DNA of 64,000 nucleotides from Octopus sinensis (GCF_006345805.1 NC_043000.1:19344001-19408000), one strand, 5' to 3'; positions 12,705-24,287 are shown, counted from the first letter of the stretch. Program-made: numbers and translations. The notes: generated by a model from the letters alone, not told the origin.

Positions 12705-12905
12705 CCAGACTAGCAAGTGCCAAAAGGTTTATAGGTTGGACTTAGTCGATATCGATACCATTGACCCAACACTTTATCCTATCAACTCATGAGAGATTAA
12801 AAGACAAACTGACTTGGGTCTGATTTGAACTCAGAACGTAAAGAACCAGAAAAATTCCATTAAAGATTTTGTCCAACATTTTACGATTCTACCAGCTCAC
12901 CGCCT
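12705..12905 (-). mobile_element. SINE-C2, old
   Basis: atttgaactcagaacgtaaag...gattctaccagctcaccgcc. Confidence 0.65.
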
Positions 12906-14957
12906 TTGTATCGTTTTCTTCTCTACCTTTGAACCTGCTGACCGTCGACTACCCCCCCACCGCATAAACTCACTCGTCTCACTCACCTTTCCTCTTTCCA
13001 TAACCCCTTACTGTGTCTCAACTAATTAGACCTGACAGAACTTCTAGGAATACTTCCTTCTGGAGATCTATATGCCCGTGCCTTTTGATTTTAACCTCTG
13101 ACATTCATTTGCACACAGGACATTAACCTCATTAAAACTATTCAACTATAAAATCTCCTTTCGCTTCAGATTACATTATAAAAAGAAAATGTACTACATC
13201 AAGACGAATACCACAGTTAATTAGGCTTTCAACGATGTGTCTATATTTTAAGTATGATACACAGGTTGCGACTTTAAACTTATACTGCTTCTGTCGCACA
13301 TAACAAATTGTTATTCAGTGTGTATTTTTCTGGAAGAATCTATCTATAGTTACATGAAATTAGCAATGGAATTTCCCATAATTAATATTTTAGGGACATA
13401 CGGTTTAATTCTTCTTGAACGAACTAAAGGTAAAATTTAAGATTCGTCCTAATATATTGCAAGCAATAACTCCATCAGACATTGCAGGTAAAATGTTAAT
13501 TTGGCGGTTTAATTTCAACCTAAAAACTATATGACTCAGAACAAATTTCTTTAACGCATACATGCCATCACTCATATTAGTTCAAATTGAAGGCTTGATA
13601 ATACTTAAACAAAAGAAGACCTCGGGGAATGTTGAATATCTTGAATTGACATACTGTCTAGGAAATCTAACGATTCGTGATCTTGCGTTTAAAAAGACAA
13701 TAGAAACATAATGTGCCTAGCTAACTCAATCCTCTCTAACTACACTCAGTTTTTGGTAATAGCTGTTTTCAGTTCCTTTTCTTTGTTAATGTGGAGAACG
13801 TGTAAACAAGCTGTCATTCATCGAACTAAATTTTAGCAAGAGAATAATCTAAGTTATAGCTCTCTTTGGTATCATGTACTATCATCCAGAAAGGAGAAAT
13901 ATTTCAAGTTGGAATCCATCACAGCATTTTATGAAAATTTATTAAAAAATTATATGTGGTTAGGGCACTGTTTTATCTACCTTGTTTCAGTGAAAGTGAA
14001 AACTACCCAAGAACTACCGTATTTACTCTTACATAAGCCACACTATTTTATTCTTGATTTTAGCTGAAAAAATTAAGGTGCGACTTAAATACGATGCCAC
14101 GCTAAAACTATGAATTGAACATTTTTATACCAAGATTTAAGACTAAGTTAGGGATGCGACTTATACACGAATTAATACAGTAATAAATATAAATTTTAAA
14201 AGATTCCCTTGAGCAGATATTTTATTGTCGGTAAATGAAAATTCAGTAGTAGTAATTTCTGTTTTCTTAAACATTTGAAATCTGAATTCAGTAGTTTTGT
14301 CTACCTAAACAGGTTTATCATGTATGAGCATAAAGTTTTGCTGTACCGTAACTTTGAATATATGATATTATCATAAGACAAATTCAATTTCTAAGTGTTT
14401 TATGGATGAAAATGTAATACATTCGGCAGAATTGAGGTCGTGCAAGCACATTTTCATTCCAGCTGATGCTACTTAACTTAACCTATGCGGTCAATACTAT
14501 AGAGTAATTCTTTAATCGCCAGGGTTTCTTATTTCATCTTTTCTTAGAACATAAGACTTTTGGGGGCCAGAAAGAAAAAAAAAAAGAAAAAGGAACTAAT
14601 ATACATGAAACCGAAGCCAACAGCGAACACAGATTTTTTTGCGCTCGATATTTGTTTTATGCGATGAATAAAAGTATGGTTAATTAACCTTCACAATAGC
14701 AATAATATGTGGTCTTAATCTGGACGTGGTAATTAAGAGTAATGAAGACTACCAAACATTCAAGCAAATGAAATTCATCACCATTTTCTATTTCATTGTG
14801 TGTGTGTGCGTGAGTGTGTGTGTATGTGTGTGTGTGTGTGTGTGTGTGCGTGTGTGTGTGTGCGTGTGTTCCGTGTATGTGTATGTGTATGTGTGTATTT
14901 AACGTTTTGTATTATTTCTCGTTTTATCTGTTTATTTTTTGTAAAATCCTATCTAAG

Positions 14958-15320
14958 CGTACAAAAGGAGGCCAGAAGAAACGCTACAAGGACTCCCTGA
15001 AATCGAACCTCAAAAAGTGTAACATTAACTTCACCAACTGGGAGGAAACGGCAAAAAACAGACCACTCTGGAAAACCACCATCCATGAGGGAACGGCGAA
15101 TTTCGAGTCGAAAAGGTCTGCAGAGCTGGAGGAGAAAAGACGACGACAGAAGGAGCGCCAACAACAACCACGTGGGACTCTCCCTTCCGGCACTAGATGT
15201 CCGCACTGTGACCGATCTTTTCGAGCAAGAATTGGTCTTATCAGTCACCTGCGGACTCACCAATAAATTTGCGCGAAGACCATCATCCTCGACCTTGAGA
15301 GATTGCCATAGTAGTAGTAG
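14958..15320 (+). mobile_element. 5'-truncated RTE (BovB-like) LINE with 21-bp TSD
   Basis: Open frame KRTKGGQKKRYKDSLK...CPHCDRSFRARIGLISHLRTHQ* (C2H2-like C-terminus of RTE ORF); (TAG)n tail; TSD ttttgtaaaatcctatctaag at 14937-14957 and 15321-15341. Confidence 0.92.
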
Positions 15321-16100
15321 TTTTGTAAAATCCTATCTAAGTACAAGTGGTTGTGTTACAAGATGAGGTTGTATCACACATCTTTAATAAGCAAATTATA
15401 TATTCAAAATATGCAACTTTTATGTGAATTACATGTGTGAATCAGTCATTAACTTATCTCATATTGTACGGGCTTTCTTCAGAAAAATGTAAAGATATTA
15501 AAGCAAAATAGAAACATCTTGAAAAGTTATCGCTTTCTGACGCAGTTTCCATTTCAACATAATTAATTAATTAATTAATTAATTAATTAATTAATTAATA
15601 CAATAATACGCTCAGTCTTTCTCAAAACAATGTAATATATAAATCTATAAATGTAAATTCTGCTAAATTTGGCATGAAGCCGTTAAGAAAACAACAGGGT
15701 TTGACACAGCAACACAACACTGCTTTCACAGCGGGTTTCGAGTTTACAACGCATGACATAAATATGATACCATATCCATTACAATCACATTACTTTAGGT
15801 TCATTGGTTATATCTTAAATAGTGCATCTTTCCATTATAAATAACAGTTATTTCAGTTCAGGTTCGTTAGATGCTATTTTACTTTCAGATTTTTACTCAA
15901 TTTTCCCTTGCACTTACAAAATATATTTTTGGATCTTTAGAATTCTTTCATTTCGACATTTAATGTGTTGCCACGCTTCTGGTGTTTGATTCTCAATCAA
16001 CAAATGAAATAATAAGGCGCACTAGGTTAATTAGAATGAAGCCTGATTTGAAGAATTAAAAAGAAGCTGTTTTATACCATGGCAGAGTGCAACTACAGAG

Positions 16101-16534
16101 AAATCTTTTCGGTTTGAACGGCATTTTCAAAAAATAATTTCCACGTAACTAAACACTTTTAAACTTCGTATACTGGTAGAATGTGTTTATAAAACATCTT
16201 TTTCTCTTGGCTTTATTGAGAAAATTCTATAGTTTGTAAGATATTTGTTGTTGTTTTTCTTCAATTTCTGCAATTTTAACCTATCAATGACGTCTATTGA
16301 GGTGAAAAACATTCTGTGCCGTATGAATATGTCCCTCGTTTAAGAAACAGATTGGGTTCATTTACATTTCTGAAGAAAAAAAGATACCCTTCCCCCCACC
16401 CCTAACCCTAAGCTTAACTAACCCTAACTTTAAAACAGATTGAAATGCAATAGATCGATACTAGGGTCATAATTATGGGTGACAATTTCATATGACACCG
16501 CTAGAAAAAACTGCCGTTCAAACCGAAAAGATCC
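16101..16534. mobile_element. MITE with 21-bp perfect TIRs
   Basis: atcttttcggtttgaacggca at 16103-16123, inverted at 16512-16532; flanked by CAGAG on both sides; internal ccctaa-like motifs. Confidence 0.82.
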
Positions 16535-16669
16535 CAGAGAAGTACTTAGAATGAAGCTACAGATCAGATATAAACTTGTGCACGTTTACATATGTATGTA
16601 CGCACCAGTACATGCTTATATAATCACGAAGATTTTAATTTTTTATAAGGGAGTGAGCTGCTCATAATC

Positions 16670-16817
16670 TGTTATGTCGCACGTTCGGATGACTCCTACT
16701 CACTCTACTACACTGCTACTTAACTCTCACCGCTACTCTGCTACCCTGACGTCTAGACTTCTTCCACTATACGTATTGGGCTAGCCTACTTTATCGTCTG
16801 GGGGTGTCCACACAACA
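16670..16817 (-). mobile_element. Solo mini-LTR (family D)
   Basis: TGTTGTGTGGAC...GCGACATAACA on the minus strand; flanks taatc/tagtc (5-bp TSD with one mismatch). Confidence 0.75.
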
Positions 16818-17185
16818 TAGTCATTAGACCTGTCAGGAACAGCAGCCAAATCACCTTCAAGTCACTACGAACCCCATAAAAAAAGGAGAGGGCATATAAA
16901 AGACTGTTGTTCTAGATACCCCTAAAAAATGATGGCCACGGTTAGAATATTTTTGACCACAGGCTTGTTTGGTCAAGGTTAGACTAACCTAATCGAAAAT
17001 ATCGTTATAGCCTAGGTCAAAATGCTTTACTGTATTTGTTGCAAATCTTTGCGTTCTGAGTTCAAATCCCTCTGAAGAGGCCAATAAAATAAGTTAACAG
17101 TCCAGGAGGTGGATTGGCGGAATTATTACAGCGTCGGCCGGGGTCTTGAATAATAGGCTTAATCTATCTCTCTCTTCTCAGTATA

Positions 17186-17408
17186 CGAGGTGCATTCAAG
17201 GAGTACCCGACTCCATTTTTACCTCTGAAACCTAAATTCGCGGGCAAAATCTTTTGAGTGAGAGGTTACGCCACCCTTCCTACGCATGCAGCGGCCTATC
17301 GCCGCGAATATTTTCACTCATGCGCCACCGCTCACCCAAAGGATTTTGCCCGCACGGCTTTAGTTTTGGCGGGGAAAATAAGACCGTATGCTATTTGAAC
17401 GCAATTCG
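17186..17408. mobile_element. Mariner-type MITE (223 bp)
   Basis: TA|cgaggtgcattcaagg...ctatttgaacgcaattcg|TA; internal inverted segment gcgggcaaaatc.tttg.gtgag. Confidence 0.7.
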
Positions 17409-17705
17409 TACACGCCAGGTCCCCGGTTTGGGGGAAACTTTTTCCATTCCTCCTACTATCAGTGACGAAGGCCCTATGAAAAGTCACGTGCACTACCCTA
17501 CTATATCTAAGAGATAAAAAGAAAATAAATACCTGAAGTATATGTGTCTATTTGAATTTTTATCATTTAAGAATTACTTATCAGATTAATGTGTACCGTG
17601 AGATATAACTGACTTCGATACTTATATTCCTTAAAGGTAAATTATGCAACCATACAGAGAATTCATCTTAATTACAATTAGCGGGAAAAAGTATATGACT
17701 CAATA

Positions 17706-18093
17706 TATAGGAGCACTCCGTCGGTTGCGACGATGAGGGTCCCAGTTGATACGATCAACGGAACAGCTTGCTCGTGATATTAACGTGCAAGTGGCTGAGC
17801 AGTCCACAGACACGTGTAACCTTAACGTAGTTCTCGAGGAGATTCTGCGTGACACACAGAATGTGACAAGGCTGGCCCTTTGAAATACAGGTACAAGAGA
17901 AACAGGAAGAAAGAGTGAGAGAAAGTTGTGGTGAAAGAGTACAGCAGGGTTCACCACCATCCCCTGCCGGAGCGTCGTGGAGCTTTTAGGTGTTTTCGCT
18001 CAATAAACACTCACAATGCCCGGTCTGGGAATCGAAACCGCAATCCTCCGACCGCGAGTCCGCTGCCCTAACCACTGGGCCATTGCGCCTCCA
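17706..18093 (-). mobile_element. SINE-A (subfamily A1) with TSD
   Basis: TSD atatgactcaata at 17693-17705 and 18094-18106. Confidence 0.95.
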
Positions 18094-18465
18094 ATATGAC
18101 TCAATACCAACCAAGAGGATGATATTTCTAAACTTCGATATTATGTTTTTGGCTTGCAAATGAGAAAATTGATGTAATTTCTAAATGTGTACTATACGTA
18201 CATTACGTACGTAATATACACATACATGCATACATTCATAGATACTTACATAAATACATATATGCTTATATACATATGTATGTGCATTATATATAACTAT
18301 GTATGTATGTATGTATGTATGTATGTATGTATGTATGTATGTATGTATGTATGCATGCATGTATGCATGTATGTATGTATGTATGTATGTATGTATGTAT
18401 GTATGTATGCATGTATGTATGTATGTATGTATGTATGTATGTATGTATGTATGTATGCATGTATG

Positions 18466-18692
18466 TGTTGTGTGGATGCCCCCAGACGATGAAGTAGGCT
18501 AGCCCAATACGTAGATATAAAGGGGGAAGCCTAGACGTCAAGAGAACAGAGCTGAGTAGCAGTCGAAGGTAGACTAGAAAAGAGTAGAGCAGAGTAGAGT
18601 TGAGTAGTAGAGGACATCCGAACGTGCGATATAACAGTGGCGACGAGGATTCCGTAGTTCACACAGCCAATGTGTAGTATTGCGATGTAACA
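18466..18692 (+). mobile_element. Family D long form: mini-LTR + PBS + short tail
   Basis: LTR 18466-18636 (TGTTG...ATAACA); TGGCGACGAGGAT at 18638-18650; ends tgtaaca; GTATG on both flanks. Confidence 0.75.
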
Positions 18693-19028
18693 GTATGTAT
18701 GTATGTATGTATGTATGTATTTATTTATGTATGTATGTATGTATGTATGTATGTATGTATGTATGTATGTATGTATGTATGTATGTATGTATGTATGTAT
18801 GTATGTATGTATGTATGTATGTATGTATGTATTATTTATGTATGTATGCATGTATGCATGTATGTATGTATGTATGTATGTATGTATGTATGTATGTATG
18901 TATGTATGTATGTATGTATGTATGTATGTATGTATGCATGCATGTATGCATGTATGTATGTATGTATGTATGTATGTATGTATGTATGCATGTATGTATG
19001 TATGTATGTATGTATGTATGCATGTATG

Positions 19029-19255
19029 TGTTGTGTGGATGCCCCCAGACGATGAAGTAGGCTAGCCCAATACGTAGATATAAAGGGGGAAGCCTAGACG
19101 TCAAGAGAACAGAGCTGAGTAGCAGTCGAAGGTAGACTAGAAAAGAGTAGAGCAGAGTAGAGTTGAGTAGTAGAGGACATCCGAACGTGCGATATAACAG
19201 TGGCGACGAGGATTCCGTAGTTCACACAGCCAATGTGTAGTATTGCGATGTAACA
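19029..19255 (+). mobile_element. Family D long form, duplicate copy
   Basis: Identical to 18466-18692. Confidence 0.75.
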
Positions 19256-19436
19256 GTATGTATGTATGTATGTATGTATGTATGTATTTATTTATGTATG
19301 TATGCATGTATGCATGCATGCATGTATGTATGTATGTATGTATGTATGTATGTATTTATTTATGTATGTATGCATGTATGCATGTATGTATGTATGTATG
19401 TATGTATGTATGTACGTATGTATGTATGTATGTATG

Positions 19437-19467
<31 letters not shown>

Positions 19468-19715
19468 TTATGTATGTGTAGGTTGTGTTTAGCACCAATT
19501 TAGCCTGTGAGCTTGATGAAAATAATACTGACGTAACATTTTGAGTCCATTACATAGTAGTGTGAAATCTAGTATGTTTGTCTTCTGTCTCTTTTCTAGG
19601 AAGAGGGCAATTCGTTAAAAGATATTTTGGACGCTATGCCAAGGGAGGTGTTTGATATTTTCTGTCGGATGATGAGTGGATAACTTTATGATTCATCATA
19701 GTTTTGTGTGTGTGT

Positions 19716-19775
<60 letters not shown>

Positions 19776-20557
19776 GAGAGAGAGAGAGATATATGGTCTG
19801 TATGTTGAGTCATAAAGTTGTTACAGTTATCTTTTTATTGAAATTTTATTATACATATTTGCCCCTTAAATTTCTTTCAAATGCGCGTACTACTATGTGT
19901 GAACAAGTCGAATCATATCAATATTTCTTACATATATTAGACGCCCGTAAAAAATGTAGGTAATACTGATAAACAATATATCACATACTTGTTTATCTTT
20001 CTAGACCAGTTTCTACTTGCAGACACAGAAACGCGAACAATCTCACTATTATTTCAATTTGCTTTACGGAGATGAAGTGTCAGAAGCGGTGTGGGTGCAA
20101 AAATGAATGTTCTATTGTAGTATATCCGGTCTCTCCCAACACCATGAATCTAAATTCTGTCGGTATGAACCCAGCTTTGAATCTCTTTGTGAATCAATGA
20201 AATATGGTCCATCATACTTCCATTAGTATCGTTTCAATCGATGATGCATGGCTCTTTTGATACTTTACTGGTTGCAGTCAATAGTGTGTGACCATGGTGG
20301 GCTATCCCAATCATGGTGTTTAGTTTGTCAAACTGAGCCCAGCACCTATTGTTGACCAGTAGTTATTGCCCTCTATTGATCGAAAAGATAAGGTATGTTT
20401 ACCGCATAATAGATTGCAAGCAAGCACAGCGCTTTATACCGGCGTAAACATACGTAGATAAATATGCATATATACATATATACACTTTTACTTTTTTACC
20501 TATAAACTTTGATGTGAGTGGATTCTTAACCCTTTTCAAATGTGTGTATATATATAT

Positions 20558-20951
20558 GAGTGGCTGTGTGGTAAGTAGCTTGCTAACCAACCACATGGTT
20601 CGGGTTCAGTCCCACTGCGTGGCATCTTGGGCAATTGTCTTCTGCTATAGCCCCAGGCCGACCAATGCCTTGTGAGTGGATTTGGTAGACAGAAACTGAA
20701 AGAAGCCTGTCGTATATAATATATATATATATATATGTGTGTGTGCTTGTGTGTCTGTGTTTGTCCCCCTAGCATTGCTTGACAACCGATGCTGGTGTGT
20801 TTACGTCCCCGTCACTTAGCGGTTCGGCAATAGAGACCGATAGAATAAGTACTGGGCTTACTTATAGAATAAGTCCTGGGGTCGATTTGCTCGACTAAAG
20901 GCGGTGCTCCAGCATGGCCGCAGTCAAATAACTGAAACAAGTAAAAGAGTA
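20558..20951 (+). mobile_element. SINE-B full length
   Basis: gagtggctgtgtggtaagtagc...gtaaaagagta. Confidence 0.92.
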
Positions 20952-22254
20952 ATATATATGAAACGATGATCTTCCCTGAAGTTTCCGTCAGTAAAATTTC
21001 ATAAATTTCATTCACAAGTTATATATCAAGCGAAAGCTTTTTATTTTTAAAAGGAAGATATATTTCAAAGTTTTCTAGAGATTCGCAAATTAAGAAACGT
21101 TATTTGCATATCTGAGATTTCCGTAACAAAATGATTAAAACTTGAGTCCAAAAGATTCAATTTCTTAGAAACGTTAGGTTTCCGGACACTTGCTGAAGAA
21201 TAACTATAGATTGGAACAATAATCATCAAAACTTAATACCTTTGTTGTCATGGGAAAAATATATCCCAATTTCATTTCGATCCGAATAATCGTTATTGAA
21301 TAGAATATTGTTTCACACTGTGCAATCTTTTACCGTTGTAAGTTCTACTACCAACTAAAGTACATAGATCGCATCTAAAACATATAATCAAGTGAAAGTT
21401 TATTTGGAATGTTTGCTCAAGTGATAGCTTTACATGTGTAACTACACAATGAGTTTATTGAAACATATGTTGGCATTTCTTAGGTACAATCCCGAAAAGT
21501 GTAGTTCCACGAAGTCAGAATGGAATTGGATCGTTTGTATATCTCATGTCTATCATATCGAAAAGTATAAAATTCTGTATACTGCAAACTGACGAAAAAT
21601 GTAGGGAACAGTTTTTTTTATTGTATATATCCTTTTTTTATAATCTCATTGTCCAGTTTACTCTAACCGTTGGACTGCTTAAATTGGATCCGGAATAACA
21701 CACACACACACACACACACATTTATGTAGTGAAATATATCCATCGCAACCTAAATAATGATGTTCTTTCACAGTCGTCACTTCATAAATGCTTTCAAAAT
21801 GTTCACAAGTTTTCGAAATGTAAGACTGGTGTTCTCAAAGAGAAGAACAAAACATATTGAATCGCATTCTTAGAAGAGATTAGAACGGTAGAATCACCAA
21901 AATCTGGAGATGTTTAAAATATTCTGTTTGAATTTACTGATAAGACGTGCGCTTGTACTCATTATGTGCGACACCTAGACACAGGCGTACACATAAACAA
22001 ATAAATACTCAACGTTCTTTAAACTTCAACAAAAGAACATTGTTAAGGAACGGGTTTTATTCATTTGCAAAATAACATGAATGTGGAGAGTAAGAACGTA
22101 TATTCAAATATATAAACTCACATACATTCATCCATATACATGCGTATGCGTATGGATGTATATATATTCCTTTGCGTTTCGAATTCTTTGAATTCTTCCA
22201 ATAAAGGGGGAGCTTGTTTCTGAAGAAAGAAACAAATCCCTTCATTTGGATTTT

Positions 22255-22874
<620 letters not shown>

Positions 22875-22880
22875 AGAGAG

Positions 22881-22928
<48 letters not shown>

Positions 22929-23017
22929 GTGTGTTTGTGAGTGTGTAAAATTAATAAAGGTCACAAAAATGACGGAGGTTGCTGACTAGCACTGCTTACG
23001 CTAAAATAAGAGTTACA

Positions 23018-23410
23018 TCCATACATATAAAGCTGAAGTTGTATGTGTGTATGTGGCAGGTTTGGTAGCCTTCAACTAACATTATCTCCTCCGAGACCCT
23101 GCGGCACAAGTTGACCGAAATTGAGATTATGATAGAAGAAGGCTTGCTCCTTATTCCGTAGAAGATAAAATTCAAATCGGACCATGTTAAGATCAAAAAT
23201 TATTTACATCACAAAGGTGCTGTTTTTCTATGAAAATCCATATTTTTTACGATTTTTTGACTGCTGTGTCGCTATTTTTCGGTGCATTTCAACCAGAAAA
23301 TGTTAACTTAAAGAGAATAAGAAGCTACATAATGCAAAATTTTTACTTTTCAAAAATTCCAATTCTAAAGGGTCGAAATAAACCCGAGAAGCGCCGGGCT
23401 ATACTGCTAG
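23018..23410 (+). mobile_element. Non-autonomous Helitron, body type H2
   Basis: A|TCcatacatataaag...cccgagaagcgccggg ctatactgCTAG|T; colinear with 45776-46172. Confidence 0.85.
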
Positions 23411-23855
23411 TTAATTCTAAAGACACTAAAGCATTGTACTTAATGACTGACAAAGCGAGGTAAGTCTCTAGCCTATCGCGATTTCGAAATTTAGTGTAGA
23501 TCTCCTTAATTTTCACCAACGGCACTTAACGCCCAGGTTAAACTTAATTTCCTTTGTCAATACGGTAAAACTGTAAACAACAAATTAAAAGCACAAAAAT
23601 TAATAGGGGTCACAGAAGTGACGGAGGGTGCTCACTAATTTTGCCTTTAAGTTCAAATTCCTAATAAGCCAAACTTTTAATTCTCTCTCTATATATACAC
23701 ATATATATTGGATATTAGTTTGATTAACATAAATTTAAAACCAGTCGTCTAGCATATTAAAATCTGAAGGTTCAGAGAATTGTATTACATACATAGTGGT
23801 CATCCCTCTCAAATGTATATATATATATATATATATATATTTATTTTATAGAAGG

Positions 23856-23905
23856 AGCTTCTACAGGACTAGAACTGTTTCATTCAAAGAAATCATCAGG
23901 AAGCT
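23856..23905 (-). ncRNA. Mirror-image hammerhead on the minus strand (predicted)
   Basis: Other arm of the palindrome; differs by one U in loop II. Confidence 0.65.
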
Positions 23906-23952
23906 TCCTGATGATTTCTTTTGAATGAAACAGTTCTAGTCCTGTAGAAGCT
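23902..23952 (+). ncRNA. Type I hammerhead ribozyme (predicted)
   Basis: AGCUUC-CUGAUGA-uUUC uuuu GAAu-GAAACAG-uucuaguc-CUGUA/GAAGCU: 6-bp stem I, 4-bp stem III, intact core, GUA cleavage after 23946. Confidence 0.75.
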
Positions 23953-24075
23953 CCTTCTATAAAATAAATTAATTTACTCTGCTATGTATTGAGTACCTTA
24001 TTTACTGTGGTTAACCCCGACTCAACCCGGGACTTACATACATATATATATATATATATATATAATATATATATA

Positions 24076-24117
<42 letters not shown>

Positions 24118-24123
<6 letters not shown>

Positions 24124-24287
24124 TTCTTTCTGTGTTTTTCTCTCTCTGTGTATCTTTCTGTTGAAGAGCGTAGGCTCGAAACGTTAAAGACTTGTTTTAT
24201 TTATATTTCCTGAGCGCCATACTAATACAATTGTTCGTTTGTTTTCCACCTGCCTTCGTCTTTTGTTTATTTTCATAAAGCTTCCCG

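Larger units (their letters stand above)
18297..19480. repeat. (TATG)n array containing a 563-bp-period duplication
   Basis: Two identical 227-bp inserts 563 bp apart. Confidence 0.92.
23839..24040 (+). mobile_element. Penelope-like terminus with fold-back (palindromic) 5' end
   Basis: ~131-bp palindrome 23839-23969 plus ~70 bp of 3' sequence shared with 48856-49011; sits in (TA)n. Confidence 0.7.

Noticed and set aside
16390-16430. Interstitial telomeric (CCCTAA)n
   Set aside because: Only 2-3 imperfect units, internal to a MITE (also at 56.24 kb)
17455-17495. gtgacgaaggccctatgaaaagtc as a hammerhead
   Set aside because: Core is mutated and no stems I or III can be formed
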